A stretch of DNA of 64,000 nucleotides from an uncultured Candidatus Saccharibacteria bacterium (GCA_964596395.1 CAZQSY010000006.1:153-64152); one strand, 5' to 3'. Shown: positions 17,519 to 27,552, numbered from the stretch's first letter. Notes: a model not told the origin generated them from the sequence alone. Program-made: numbers and translations.

Positions 17519-19981
17519 ATGCCGAAAAAACAGAACGACACAGAAGACGTGAAGCCGCGCGCCGAAGGAATAATACCGGTAGATGTGGTGCGGGAAATGA
17601 AAGATTCATATCTCGCTTATTCCATGTCGGTCATTACTGCGCGAGCTCTGCCCGACGTCAGAGACGGTTTGAAGCCCGTGCATCGCAGAATTTTGTATGC
17701 CATGCATGAAATGGGGCTTGCTTCGACGGCCCGGTTCAGAAAATCGGCGGCGGTGGTCGGCGACGTTTTGGGTAAATACCACCCGCACGGCGACGTGGCC
17801 GTTTATGACTCAATGGTCGGCATGGCGCAGGAATTTTCTTTCCGCTACCCGCTCATTTTAGGGCAGGGCAACTTCGGCTCGATCGACGGCGACGGTGCGG
17901 CAGCTATGCGCTACACCGAAGCGAAAATGTCTAAAATTTCTTCCGAACTTTTGCGCGACCTTGAAAAAGAAACGGTTGACTTCCGTCCGAACTACGACCA
18001 AACCCGCAAAGAGCCGGCAGTGCTGCCGGCCGCCGTTCCCTCGCTTCTCTTAAACGGTACTTTGGGTATCGCGGTGGGTATGGCGACGAATATCCCTCCG
18101 CACAATTTGGGCGAGGTCTTAGACGCGGCTGGGTATCTCATACAAAACGAGGATGCCACTACCGAAGACCTCATGCAATTCGTCAAAGGGCCCGATTTCC
18201 CGACGGGCGGAGTTGCTTACGGCTACAAAGACATGTTGCACGCTTACGGTACCGGCCGGGGCGGGGTGGTTTGCCGCGGTGAAGCCGAAATCATAGACCA
18301 AAAGGGCGGAGGGAACCAAATCATCATCACTTCCATTCCTTACCGGGTGAACAAGTCAACGCTGATTATGTCGATTGCCGAGCTGGTGCAGGAGAAGAAA
18401 CTCGAAGGCGTGAAAGGCCTGCGTGACGAATCGACCAAAGACATCCGCATAGTAATCGATTTGAAAAACACGGCCGTTCCGGAAAAAGTTTTGAATTACA
18501 TTTACAAAAATACCCAGCTTGAATCAAATTTCAATTTCAACATTGTCGCGCTGGTTGACGGCGTGCCGCAAACGCTCTCGCTCAAATCCATCCTTTCGCT
18601 TTTCATACAGCACCGCAAAGAAGTGGTGCGAAGGAGGAGCGAGTATGATTTGCGCAAGGCAGAGGAACGCGAACATATTCTGCTCGGTTTGAAAAAGGCG
18701 CTGGATAAAATAGACCGGGTGATTTCCGTGATTCGCGGCTCCAAAGACGCTACGGTGGCTAAAGTGAATTTGATTAAAGAATTCAAGTTTACCGAGCTCC
18801 AGGCCGTTGCGATACTTGAGATGAAACTGCAAAAACTCGCCGGACTCGAGAGAAAGGCGGTGGAAGACGAGCTCTTAGAAAAACAGAAATTTATCAAAGA
18901 AATGAACGAGCTTCTGGCCAGCCCGAAAAAAATTCTGGGGGTTATTTCCAAAGAACTGAAAGAAATTCGCGACAAATATGCCGACCTACGCCGCACGAAA
19001 ATCATCAAAGGCGGCAGCAAGGAATTGAGCGACGAGGACCTGATACCAGACAAAGAAACGGTGCTGGTGTTTACCCAGGGTGGATACGTGAAGCGCACCG
19101 ACCCTTCCGAGTACCGTTCGCAAAAGCGCGGCGGGGTGGGCGTGGTTGACCTTGAGACCAAAGAAGAGGATTTCGTGACCATGCTCGTCTCGGGGTCCAC
19201 CCATTCGGACCTTCTTTTCTTCACGAATCTAGGCAAGGCGTATCAGATGAAAATGTACGACCTGCCCGAAGGACGCCGCGCGACTCGCGGAAAATCAATC
19301 ATGAATTTCCTCCAGCTTGGCGCCGAAGAAAAAGTTACGTCCATCTTGACGATGCCGAAAGAACTCAGGAAGTCCCCGATTTCGCTTATGCTCGTCACTA
19401 AGCAGGGTACCGCCAAGAAAATGTCCGGCGAGTCGTTCAAAGACGTGCGCAGGAGCGGCATTATTGCCATACGTTTGGATAAGGGAGACCAGCTTGTTTC
19501 CGCGCTTTTGGTTGAAAAAGGCGATGAGGTGATGGTGGCGACGGGCGGCGGCCAGGCAATCAGATTCAAAGAAGGGGATATCCGGGAAATGGGCCGTACG
19601 GCCGGAGGTGTCCGCGGCATGAAGCTCGGCAAAGGCGACGAGGTAATCAGTGTGGATGTGGTGAAGAAAGAAGGGAAGGAAGGCACATTTCTCACCATGA
19701 GCGCGAACGGCTTCGGCAAGAAGACCGCTCTCAAAGAATACAAAGTGCAGAAACGCGGCGGCTCTGGCATTAAAACCGCCAAAGTTACTCCAAAAACCGG
19801 CAAGCTTATTGTGGCCAAGGTTCTTTCGGGCGAAGAAGAAGAGCTGATTGCTATGTCTAAAAAAGGTCAGGTGATTCGCACCGCGCTCAAAGATATTTCC
19901 GTGCTTGGCCGGCAGACCCAGGGCGTTACCATCATGCGCCTCCGTCCAGGCGACAATATCGCTTCCCTTACGTGCTTTTAG
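17519..19981 (+). CDS. gyrA: DNA gyrase subunit A
   Basis: [29 protein letters not shown], catalytic Tyr region AAMRYTEA, C-terminal beta-pinwheel repeats. Confidence 0.95.
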   Translation: MPKKQNDTEDVKPRAEGIIPVDVVREMKDSYLAYSMSVITARALPDVRDGLKPVHRRILYAMHEMGLASTARFRKSAAVVGDVLGKYHPHGDVAVYDSMVGMAQEFSFRYPLILGQGNFGSIDGDGAAAMRYTEAKMSKISSELLRDLEKETVDFRPNYDQTRKEPAVLPAAVPSLLLNGTLGIAVGMATNIPPHNLGEVLDAAGYLIQNEDATTEDLMQFVKGPDFPTGGVAYGYKDMLHAYGTGRGGVVCRGEAEIIDQKGGGNQIIITSIPYRVNKSTLIMSIAELVQEKKLEGVKGLRDESTKDIRIVIDLKNTAVPEKVLNYIYKNTQLESNFNFNIVALVDGVPQTLSLKSILSLFIQHRKEVVRRRSEYDLRKAEEREHILLGLKKALDKIDRVISVIRGSKDATVAKVNLIKEFKFTELQAVAILEMKLQKLAGLERKAVEDELLEKQKFIKEMNELLASPKKILGVISKELKEIRDKYADLRRTKIIKGGSKELSDEDLIPDKETVLVFTQGGYVKRTDPSEYRSQKRGGVGVVDLETKEEDFVTMLVSGSTHSDLLFFTNLGKAYQMKMYDLPEGRRATRGKSIMNFLQLGAEEKVTSILTMPKELRKSPISLMLVTKQGTAKKMSGESFKDVRRSGIIAIRLDKGDQLVSALLVEKGDEVMVATGGGQAIRFKEGDIREMGRTAGGVRGMKLGKGDEVISVDVVKKEGKEGTFLTMSANGFGKKTALKEYKVQKRGGSGIKTAKVTPKTGKLIVAKVLSGEEEELIAMSKKGQVIRTALKDISVLGRQTQGVTIMRLRPGDNIASLTCF

Positions 19982-20030
19982 AAGTAAAAAGCAACATGTC
20001 AAAGGGCACCTTTGACAACATGAAAAACAT

Positions 20031-20522
20031 ATGGGTTACGAAAAATCTAATAAATTGCACATAGTCACACCAGTTGCAGTAATCATGAGAAGTGATGGAC
20101 GCATTCTTTTGCTTAAAAGACGCGATGATGAAGTTGTTTACCCAGGGTTTTATACTTTTCCGGGCGGAAAAGTCGAGGGTAACGATACTATCAGCCAGAC
20201 CTTGATTAAAGAGGTAAAAGAAGAATGTGGCTTAGATTTAAAAACAGGTTTTATCCTGATAAAAGAAAAGGCGATTTTTCGACCCGATGGTCAAACTTCC
20301 AAATCACTCTCTTTTTTGTGTGAAGTAACCGACCCCGAAAAAGTTGTCTTGGATACTAAAGATTTTACTGATTTTAGATGGACCAATTTAGAGGAGTTGA
20401 AGACGATAAAACATGTGGGGATTGAGGCTGAATTTATAAAAGCCCGAGCTATTTACGACTCAAAAATTGATAGAAATTTATTTTTTACGGATACCGACCA
20501 AGTAGACTTTAGTAAAAAGTAA
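20031..20522 (+). CDS. NUDIX hydrolase
   Basis: Nudix box FPGGKVEGNDTISQTLIKEVKEECGL. Confidence 0.8.
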   Translation: MGYEKSNKLHIVTPVAVIMRSDGRILLLKRRDDEVVYPGFYTFPGGKVEGNDTISQTLIKEVKEECGLDLKTGFILIKEKAIFRPDGQTSKSLSFLCEVTDPEKVVLDTKDFTDFRWTNLEELKTIKHVGIEAEFIKARAIYDSKIDRNLFFTDTDQVDFSKK

Positions 20523-20602
20523 TAGTGTCAAGGACGGTCCTTGACATTTGTTGATAACTTGGCTTGAAAATTGAGAAATTGTTTCGCTTTTAGTTTATAA
20601 TT

Positions 20603-21145
20603 ATGGCGATGTTCACCGACCCGGTAAAAAATTTGAAGGCCCTTGGTCTCGCCGAGGATGCCGTAGTGGCTGACCTCGGGGCGGGAAGCGGTTTTTATTC
20701 TATTCCGCTCGCCGGGCTCGTCCCGAACGGGCGCGTTTACGCGATAGAAGTGCAGAAAGATTTTCTGGCGACCGTAAGAAATAAAGCCAAAGAAGCGCGC
20801 TTGGAAAATCTGGAATGCATTCTCGGAGACGTGGAGAAAATAGGCGGCACCAAGCTGGCGGACGGAGTGGCCGATGCAGCGGTGGCCTCGGATGTTTTTT
20901 TTCAGCTGGAAGAAAAAGACAAATTTGCGGAGGAAGCGAAGAGGATATTGAAGCCGGGAGGTAAGGTGCTTTTGGTTGATTGGTCGCCTGATTCTCCGCT
21001 TTCGCTTTTTCCTAAAGAAAGAGCTATTCCCAAATCGCGAGCCCGCGAAATATTTGAGAGCAAGGGGTTGGTATTCACACGGGAGATTGATGCCGGAGCG
21101 CATCATTATGGTATGATATTTCAAAATGAGCTTAGCGCGAAATAA
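20603..21145 (+). CDS. class I SAM-dependent methyltransferase
   Basis: Motif I VADLGAGSGFYSIPLA; ILKPGGKVLLVDW. Confidence 0.65.
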   Translation: MAMFTDPVKNLKALGLAEDAVVADLGAGSGFYSIPLAGLVPNGRVYAIEVQKDFLATVRNKAKEARLENLECILGDVEKIGGTKLADGVADAAVASDVFFQLEEKDKFAEEAKRILKPGGKVLLVDWSPDSPLSLFPKERAIPKSRAREIFESKGLVFTREIDAGAHHYGMIFQNELSAK

Positions 21146-22457
21146 CGGAAGCTTTCAAGTTATAGTTGTGTTTATTTTCATGGTCGCCGCAGTGGCGGGC
21201 GTGCTTACCTTTGCCGGTGTGATTAAGCTTGGCGGAGGAGGAGACGGCAATACCGGTTCTGGCTCGGTGGTTTTGTGGGGTACCGCCAAGGCCTCTCTCG
21301 TAGAACCCTTGATAGTTGGTTTTAACCGCGCGAACGGCAATTTCACCGTAAAATACGAAGAAAAATCAGCCGATACTTTCGATAACGACCTCCTAGAGGC
21401 CTTGGCTGCCGGAAAAGGCCCTGATATATTTCTGATTTCCAACGAACTTTTGTTCAAATACAGCGACAAGATTTTTACCGTGCCTTACCAAAGCTACCCC
21501 CTGAGCGTTTTCAAACAGAATTTTCTCTCGGCCGGCGATGTTTTTTTGAGTTCAAAAGGCATTCTTGCTTTCCCGCTTGCGGTTGACCCGCTTATGACGT
21601 ATTACAACCAGAATTTACTGGAGGCGGCGGGCCGGGCCTATCCGCCGGCCACTTGGGAAGAGATTGCCGAGACAGTCCCGCTTTTTCTTGAAAGAAACGA
21701 AAAAGGTTTTTTGTCCCGTGCGCCCGTGGCCATGGGCCAGTTTACAAATGTTTTAAATGCCAAAGACATTCTTTCTGCCTTATTCTTGCAGACGGGCAAT
21801 TCTCTGGTGGCGGAAAATAATTTAGGCGCGAATGTTTCGCGTTTGAACGAAAAAGGCGGGCAATACGATTTGTCTCCGGTCCTGCGTTTTTACACCGATT
21901 TCGCTGACCCGAGCAAGGACGTTTATTCTTGGAACAAGTCCATGCCGGATTCGCGGGACGCTTTCGGCTCAGGCGCGCTTGCGTTTTATTTCGGCTTTGC
22001 GAGCGAGCTATCGGAAATCATAAATAAAAACCCGAATCTGAATTTTCACGTTGCTTCTTTCCCGCAGGCCGAGAGCGCTCCTTTCAAGCTGACGCTTGCT
22101 CGCGTTTCAGGCATCGCTATTTCTTCCGCCTCCAAAAATTTCAACACCGCTTTTACCGCCGCGAACCTGCTTACGAGCGGGAATTCCAGCTTTGCCAGGG
22201 ATTTCAGCGTTGCCTTAGGCGTGGCGCCGGCCCGCCGCGAATTTCTGAAGGCCCCCTCAGACAATCCCTTCCTGCCGGCTTTCTACGCCTCGGCTCTTTT
22301 GGCGCGCAGCTGGCTCGACCCTTCCCCGAAAGAAACGGAAAAAATTTTCCAGTCCATGGTTGAGAGGGTGCTTTCCGGTAGCGCGACCCCATCACAGGCA
22401 ATAGAAGATGCGGACGCCAGGTTCCGCTTATTATTAATCAAGAACAGTTCTCGCTAG
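21126..22457 (+). CDS. membrane-anchored extracellular solute-binding-protein-like protein (orphan, no adjacent permease or ATPase)
   Basis: N-terminal TM helix plus ~400-aa periplasmic-binding-protein-like body; weak family assignment. Confidence 0.4.
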   Translation: MSLARNNGSFQVIVVFIFMVAAVAGVLTFAGVIKLGGGGDGNTGSGSVVLWGTAKASLVEPLIVGFNRANGNFTVKYEEKSADTFDNDLLEALAAGKGPDIFLISNELLFKYSDKIFTVPYQSYPLSVFKQNFLSAGDVFLSSKGILAFPLAVDPLMTYYNQNLLEAAGRAYPPATWEEIAETVPLFLERNEKGFLSRAPVAMGQFTNVLNAKDILSALFLQTGNSLVAENNLGANVSRLNEKGGQYDLSPVLRFYTDFADPSKDVYSWNKSMPDSRDAFGSGALAFYFGFASELSEIINKNPNLNFHVASFPQAESAPFKLTLARVSGIAISSASKNFNTAFTAANLLTSGNSSFARDFSVALGVAPARREFLKAPSDNPFLPAFYASALLARSWLDPSPKETEKIFQSMVERVLSGSATPSQAIEDADARFRLLLIKNSSR

Positions 22458-22469
22458 GCGGCAAAACAA

Positions 22470-23675
22470 ATGAAAATAAAAATAATTTTTCTTCTCTTCC
22501 TGCTTGCCGCGGCTTTCGGCGCGTCCGCCCAATCCGGCGCGCCCGAAGACGACATCATAATGAATACGCTCGGGTACAGAATCCTAGGGCAAAGTGCTTA
22601 CGTTTTCAGGGGATACTATTCAGGCAATTATTTGAGAAAGGGTTTGACTGTTTATTTTGAATACAAAAAAGACGACGCTAATTTTAACTCTGGCGCACAG
22701 AAGACCATAGTGATTGAAGACAGTGGCGCGGATGAGTCCAAAGATTTTTATATAAGTCCAGAGCTCAACATGTTTTCGGTTTATCATTTTCGCGCGGTCG
22801 GTTATTTTAATGACAACCCGAATGTGAAATTTTACGGGGGCACTATTTCTGTAAATACCGGCACAGGTGTGAGCCCTTCTGGCTCTTACCCGTACACTCC
22901 GTCGGTGGAAAACGGAGGATGGAGCAGTTGGACGCTGTGGACGGCTTGTTCGGCGGTGGGGGAAGGGGCGACGGGTACGCGCTCCAGAAGTCGTACTTGC
23001 ACGAATCCGATACCGTCGGCGGGAGGCAGGGGTTGTTACGGGTCTAACGGAGGAGAGATGTTTGGAAAAGAAACAGTGTCCAAACCTTGTCAAAACGGAA
23101 AATGGGGCGCGTGGACTCCGCCGGCAAGCTCTTGTACCCCTCAATGCAATCAAAGGTGTTCGGATATCTATACCCGCCAATGCGATAGTCCTCCTCCTTC
23201 AAACGGCGGGCGCACTTGCCCGGGGGCCAGTACTGATTTGAGGTTTACAGAAGGGGCGCCCTGCGGTATACCCTTAGGCGGGAATGGAGGAGGAAATCCT
23301 CCCGTTACTACACCGCCCACCGGCACTCCCATTACAACACCGACTTCGGCTTCTGCTCCAACAGGGGGTCTGGTCACTTGCGCTGGTGATAACGTTAATT
23401 GCGGCTTTAAAGAACTGATGGAAATGCTAAAGAATGTCATAGATTATCTTTTTAAATACCTCGTTTTGCCGATTGCCGCCCTGATGTTCGCTTATGCCGG
23501 GTTTGAAATGGTTTTTTCGGGGGGCGTGCCTGAAAAAAGACAAAAAGCCATAAGTATATTCACGAATGTGGGCATCGGTTTGGTACTCGCCGCTGGGGCA
23601 TTTGTCATTATCAGAACAGTACTTTCAATTCTCGGCGCACAACCGGGTTATACCGACTGGTTTGGAATTTTTTAG
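22470..23675 (+). CDS. secreted protein with two thrombospondin-type-1-like repeats, a Pro/Thr linker and a C-terminal VirB2/TrbC-like T4SS-pilin domain
   Basis: Signal peptide; WSSWTLWTACSAVGEGATGTRSRSRTC and WGAWTPPASSCTPQCNQRCS... match the TSP1 W-x2-W...CS-x2-CG...R-x-R-x-C pattern; PPVTTPPTGTPITTPT linker; C-terminal LVLPIAALMFAYAGFEMVFSGG...IFTNVGIGLVLAAGAFVII homologous to the next four genes. Confidence 0.55.
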   Translation: MKIKIIFLLFLLAAAFGASAQSGAPEDDIIMNTLGYRILGQSAYVFRGYYSGNYLRKGLTVYFEYKKDDANFNSGAQKTIVIEDSGADESKDFYISPELNMFSVYHFRAVGYFNDNPNVKFYGGTISVNTGTGVSPSGSYPYTPSVENGGWSSWTLWTACSAVGEGATGTRSRSRTCTNPIPSAGGRGCYGSNGGEMFGKETVSKPCQNGKWGAWTPPASSCTPQCNQRCSDIYTRQCDSPPPSNGGRTCPGASTDLRFTEGAPCGIPLGGNGGGNPPVTTPPTGTPITTPTSASAPTGGLVTCAGDNVNCGFKELMEMLKNVIDYLFKYLVLPIAALMFAYAGFEMVFSGGVPEKRQKAISIFTNVGIGLVLAAGAFVIIRTVLSILGAQPGYTDWFGIF

Positions 23676-23681
23676 GGTTAA

Positions 23682-24065
23682 ATGTTACAATTTAGAAAAA
23701 TGAAATTTCTAAAAAAAAATTTTTTGCTTTCGTTGGCCTGTTTTTTTGTTTTAATTTTTCCCTTGATTTCTTTGTCCGATAGTACTGTGCCTGTTGACTC
23801 TGGCGTCACCATAACAAACCCCATAAATTCCGGCGACATCACCACTCTTGTCACGGCCGTGCTCCAAGGGGTTGTAAAAATAGCCCTGCCTATACTTGCC
23901 TTGGCGATTATCTATTCGGGATTCTTGTTTGTGGCCGCCCAAGGCAAACCCGAGGACTTGGATAAAGCGAGAAAGTCGCTTCTCTACACCTCAATCGGCG
24001 CGGCAATACTCCTCGGGGCGTATGCCATAGCCGAGCTTATATCAGAGACCGTGAAGTCATTATAA
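23682..24065 (+). CDS. VirB2/TrbC-like T4SS-pilin-like small membrane protein
   Basis: Signal/TM, then KIALPILALAIIYSGFLFVAAQGKPEDLDKARK...SIGAAILLGAYAIAE. Confidence 0.55.
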   Translation: MLQFRKMKFLKKNFLLSLACFFVLIFPLISLSDSTVPVDSGVTITNPINSGDITTLVTAVLQGVVKIALPILALAIIYSGFLFVAAQGKPEDLDKARKSLLYTSIGAAILLGAYAIAELISETVKSL

Positions 24066-24076
24066 ATAAAAAAATT

Positions 24077-24790
24077 TTGATTTTCGAAATGAAAAATTTT
24101 CAAAAAACAATTCTCTTCGCGTCAGTGCTTGCCTCAATATTCTTACCGTTTTTTTCTTTCGCCCAGTCACCTCAATGTTCTGGCTTGGACGGAGCAGGAC
24201 TCATAATTTGCAAATTCGGTTCTATCTTGGCATCGATTATTCCGGTGCTGATTGCGCTCGGCGTGGTTTATTTCATATTCGGCGTGGTGCAGTATGTGAT
24301 AAACGACGATGAAGAGGCCAAAACCAAAGGCAAGGATCGCATGATTTGGGGCATTATCGGGCTTACTGTCATTTTCGCCATGTGGGGGCTGGTATCCCTC
24401 GTTATCACCACTTTTGGCTTAGACCAAGGCGACTCTGCTCTCGTACAGAATTTTATTCAAAACAATGCTCAGGCCGTTTCAGGCAGTGCGAGTTCGTGTC
24501 AGAACGTCATTGTACTTAATAAGAGTTTAGGCAGTTACATTGATTATGCTACTTGCCTTATTGGCCGCTCGGTAATTCCTCTTATTATTGGTATCGCGGT
24601 AGCGACTTTTTTGTGGGGAGTGGTGCAATATGTCATAAATACCGACGATGAGGCCAAGCGGGAAAAGGGCAAACAATTTGTGGTGTGGGGGCTGATTGGT
24701 CTTTCGGTGATGATTTCGGTTTGGGGGCTCGTGCGGATTGTCGGCGTGAGCTTGGGCATTGAATATGCCATCCCCCAGCTTAAGAAATAA
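24077..24790 (+). CDS. tandem double T4SS-pilin-like domain protein
   Basis: Two copies of IIP[VL]LIALGVVYFIFGVVQYVIN[DT]DDEAK...GLIGL...WGLV within one ORF. Confidence 0.55.
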   Translation: MIFEMKNFQKTILFASVLASIFLPFFSFAQSPQCSGLDGAGLIICKFGSILASIIPVLIALGVVYFIFGVVQYVINDDEEAKTKGKDRMIWGIIGLTVIFAMWGLVSLVITTFGLDQGDSALVQNFIQNNAQAVSGSASSCQNVIVLNKSLGSYIDYATCLIGRSVIPLIIGIAVATFLWGVVQYVINTDDEAKREKGKQFVVWGLIGLSVMISVWGLVRIVGVSLGIEYAIPQLKK

Positions 24791-24900
24791 GTATCCACAC
24801 CTGCAATTGCGCTTTTTATCGGGTTCCTAGTATAATTATTGAAACATTATCAGGTCGTTCGCCGAATAGGCGAAATTATTAGAAAATTTTAAAAAATTTA

Positions 24901-25278
24901 ATGAAGAAAACTTTAATTGGTTTGTCCGGCTTGACTGCAGTTTTCCTGCCGATGGTTGCTTTCGCGCAAGGGGGATGCGGCGGAACCGGCAATGTTCCGG
25001 GAACTATTGAGGGAATGATTTGCAAAATCGGGGACATCTTGTCCATAATCATACCGATATTGATTGTTTTGGGCGTGCTTTACTTCGTCTGGGGTGTTGT
25101 GCAGTATGTTATATCCGATGACGAGGAAGCCAAGACCAAGGGCCGCGATAGAATGATTTACGGAATCATCGGTTTAGTGGTGATTGTTGCCATGTGGGGT
25201 TTGGTGCGGCTGGTGATTTCTACTTTTAGTTTAGACGCTGACAACACGCCTCTTCCGCCCCCAGGAGTGCAGTACTAA
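24901..25278 (+). CDS. VirB2/TrbC-like T4SS-pilin-like small membrane protein
   Basis: IIPILIVLGVLYFVWGVVQYVISDDEEAKTKGRDRMIYGIIGLVVIVAMWGLV. Confidence 0.55.
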   Translation: MKKTLIGLSGLTAVFLPMVAFAQGGCGGTGNVPGTIEGMICKIGDILSIIIPILIVLGVLYFVWGVVQYVISDDEEAKTKGRDRMIYGIIGLVVIVAMWGLVRLVISTFSLDADNTPLPPPGVQY

Positions 25279-25288
25279 ACCACCTCTC

Positions 25289-25579
25289 ATGCTCGGTTTA
25301 TTCTTTCCAAACACAGCTTACGCCAGTGTTGATACGTTCGTCGCGAACATCAACAGGATGATAATTAATCCGTTGATAAAGTTGCTCTTTGCGCTGGCGA
25401 TTGCGTATTTTCTGTGGGGGGTGTACAAGTATTTTGCCAACCCCGAAAGCGAAGAAGACAGGACACAAGGCAGACAGCACATGCTCTGGGGCATTATTGG
25501 TATCGTGGTAATGATGGGGGTATTCACGATTATCAACCTTATTACTTCGACCTTCGGTTTGCCCGCGCAAAATCCGTAG
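25289..25579 (+). CDS. VirB2/TrbC-like T4SS-pilin-like small membrane protein
   Basis: IKLLFALAIAYFLWGVYKYFANPESEEDRTQGRQHMLWGIIGIVVMMGVFTII. Confidence 0.55.
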   Translation: MLGLFFPNTAYASVDTFVANINRMIINPLIKLLFALAIAYFLWGVYKYFANPESEEDRTQGRQHMLWGIIGIVVMMGVFTIINLITSTFGLPAQNP

Positions 25580-25602
25580 CAAAATTGGAAAGATGTATGT
25601 GA

Positions 25603-25642
25603 ACAAAAAAACGCCCGGCTCTCGCCGGGCGTTTTTGTTTTT
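25603..25642 (+). terminator. bidirectional intrinsic terminator; 34-bp direct repeat copy 1
   Basis: AAAAAAACGCCCGGCtctcGCCGGGCGTTTTT; the 34-mer AACAAAAAAACGCCCGGCTCTCGCCGGGCGTTTT recurs at 28483-28516. Confidence 0.75.
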
Positions 25643-25720
25643 AAAAAGTTTTATATAAAAAATAAATTCCGTTAGATACTGTTCAAATCAATATCTCTAA
25701 TAGGATAAATCACTCTGAAA

Positions 25721-25759
25721 TAGAAAAACGGCAGGTCCACCAAGGTGAATCTGCCGTTT
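25721..25759 (-). terminator. Rho-independent terminator for the island operon (minus strand)
   Basis: AAACGGCAG-(16 nt)-CTGCCGTTT followed on the minus strand by TTTTT. Confidence 0.6.
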
Positions 25760-25784
25760 GCCGTTCCCTGCTTTAGGGGAGCGG

Positions 25785-26306
25785 CTAATAAAACAGCTCG
25801 ACACCCGTCGCGGACGAATCCGCGGGGGTGACGAGAATCGTGCCGGGGCGCTGCTTTGGCCCCACTACATCGACTCCCGGCGTGTCGATGTAGCTTGTCC
25901 CGTCGGGCAAACCGATCCATGTCGGCCCGCCTTTCGGGAAGAACTTCACGGTTCGCCGTACCGTGAAGCGCAGGGTGTCCCCGAACCCTGCAAATTCGTA
26001 CAAAGTGAACCCGCCTGGGGGGACGATGGTTCCAGCGGGGGTTGTTACGGTAGCCGCTTGGGGAGCGGTTGCCGTGTCGCTCTGGGGGGATTTGGAGCTG
26101 GGGACGATTTTGCTCTTGGTTTCAGGTTCTGGTTTGAAGCATGTGTAAACACAGCTTCCAAACCAGAAAATCAGGCCTAGAGCAATCGCCCCCATCAGGA
26201 AGTTTTCCCAAGGGAATTTCTTACCCGACTTCCTGTAACTTCCCAATACCAGCAAGAGAATCATGCCGGCGATGAGAAGTATGAACGCTACACGGGCGTA
26301 CATCAT
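25785..26306 (-). CDS. membrane-anchored protein, possible NfeD-like partner of the SPFH protein
   Basis: One N-terminal TM helix, Pro/Thr/Ala linker, beta-rich C-domain; 4-nt overlap with the upstream SPFH gene. Confidence 0.4.
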   Translation of the reverse strand: MMYARVAFILLIAGMILLLVLGSYRKSGKKFPWENFLMGAIALGLIFWFGSCVYTCFKPEPETKSKIVPSSKSPQSDTATAPQAATVTTPAGTIVPPGGFTLYEFAGFGDTLRFTVRRTVKFFPKGGPTWIGLPDGTSYIDTPGVDVVGPKQRPGTILVTPADSSATGVELFY

Positions 26307-27349
26307 TTTTTATCATCTCCTTTCTCCGGTGGTTTTTGGCCACCGCCAACAGGAAGGACGGGTGGGGCACCTGCACCGTCCACCAGAGTTGTGAGCTTCG
26401 ACTCTGGTCCCGCCAGGCTTTCGGCGCGGAGGGCGTCGGCCACAGCCCTGGCCAGAACATCTCCAGATGCGCCAGATTTGGCCAGTTCGGCAACGGTTTC
26501 GCGAATGCGTGCGCCGCGGGCCTTCGCAAGGCGTTCCTGTGCTGCCGCCTGGCCCTCAGCCTCGGCCATCACTCCCTTTGCTTTCGCTTTTGCGACTGCC
26601 TCGGCCTGCATGGCTTGCTTAATTGTCTCGTCGCTCGGGTTGTATTGAGCAACAGAGACGGCAACAAGACGGGGGCCTACCTGCCCAATGAGTTCTGTAT
26701 TGAGGGGTCCAGAGGAGTCCTTGAGAGATTTTAGGATTCCACTTTCCCCTTTGTCGGCCTTGATAAATTCATCAAGGTCAAACCCCTTCAACACATCGTT
26801 CACCGAAGCGCGGATGATGGACCCTGCAAGTTCGAAGAACTTGCCTTTAAGTTGAAAAACCGGAAGATAGGGGTCCACTATCTCCATTTTTGCGACGAGC
26901 AGTAGGTCGACCGACTGCCGGTCCTTCAACTCCACCGCCCTGAGGACAAATGGTCTCGGAAACGCAAAACGGAGAGACGAGACCATCTCCTCTCCGCCTT
27001 CCGTTATCCAATCCTCCGGCCCTTTGCCAGCCGGATTCTCCTTCTCCTTGGTGATAAGGAAGGAGTGAATGGACAAAAATGGCGGGATCCCAATCCAATA
27101 TATTCCAATGGACGGGAAATCCAACCAGTGCCTCTCGGGTTGTGTAATCGAGGATTCGAATTGCCCGGCACTAGACAAGACGAAACCCCTGACATCATAG
27201 ATTATCCTCCAGGGGCTCTCGCCCCTGACGATAAACTTGATATCCCCGCCCTGGACTCGCGTCCAGAACAGATCGAGCCCAGATAGTGCATATGCGAAAA
27301 ACGGCAATATGACTATCACGAGCCCTAAATAAATCAATAGCTCTAACAT
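26303..27349 (-). CDS. SPFH/band-7 flotillin-like (YqiK-like) protein
   Basis: N-terminal TM helix; SPFH core (DLLLVAKMEIVDPYLPVFQLKG, SVNDVLKGFDLDEFIK) and C-terminal Ala/Glu-rich coiled coil (AEAVAKAKAKGVMAEAEGQAAAQERLAKARGA); start placed at MLELLIYLGL (track ORF extends to 27424). Confidence 0.75.
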   Translation of the reverse strand: MLELLIYLGLVIVILPFFAYALSGLDLFWTRVQGGDIKFIVRGESPWRIIYDVRGFVLSSAGQFESSITQPERHWLDFPSIGIYWIGIPPFLSIHSFLITKEKENPAGKGPEDWITEGGEEMVSSLRFAFPRPFVLRAVELKDRQSVDLLLVAKMEIVDPYLPVFQLKGKFFELAGSIIRASVNDVLKGFDLDEFIKADKGESGILKSLKDSSGPLNTELIGQVGPRLVAVSVAQYNPSDETIKQAMQAEAVAKAKAKGVMAEAEGQAAAQERLAKARGARIRETVAELAKSGASGDVLARAVADALRAESLAGPESKLTTLVDGAGAPPVLPVGGGQKPPEKGDDKK

Positions 27350-27523
27350 CTTGCCTCCTTGTTTTGTTTTTTTGACTTCAGTTTGTTGGCTCGAAAGATT
27401 AGGCACAATCTGCCAAATCAACAAACCAAGTCGTCATTGTCAAGGTACATTCTTACCCCACAGGCAAGGCCTATGGGGTGGCGGGACTCCCGCTCACCTA
27501 TATATTATAGCATTTACAAACCA

Positions 27524-27552
27524 AAAAGTCAAGTCAAATCTTGACTTTTTTC
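27524..27552. terminator. bidirectional intrinsic terminator between the regulator and the SPFH operon
   Basis: AAGTCAAG-tcaaat-CTTGACTT flanked by an A-run and a T-run. Confidence 0.55.

Noticed and set aside
18502-20002. Long minus-strand ORFs (244 aa, 235 aa, 191 aa) antisense to gyrA
   Set aside because: They are embedded in the strongly conserved gyrA frame, their products are low-complexity Ser/Arg/Pro-rich, and antisense ORFs in moderately GC-rich coding DNA are typical artefacts.
22620-23440. Minus-strand ORFs (186 aa, 90 aa) antisense to the TSP1-pilin gene
   Set aside because: Arg/Pro-rich antisense translation of a GC-rich Cys/Gly/Pro-coding stretch; no start context; the plus-strand gene has a signal peptide and clear domain structure.
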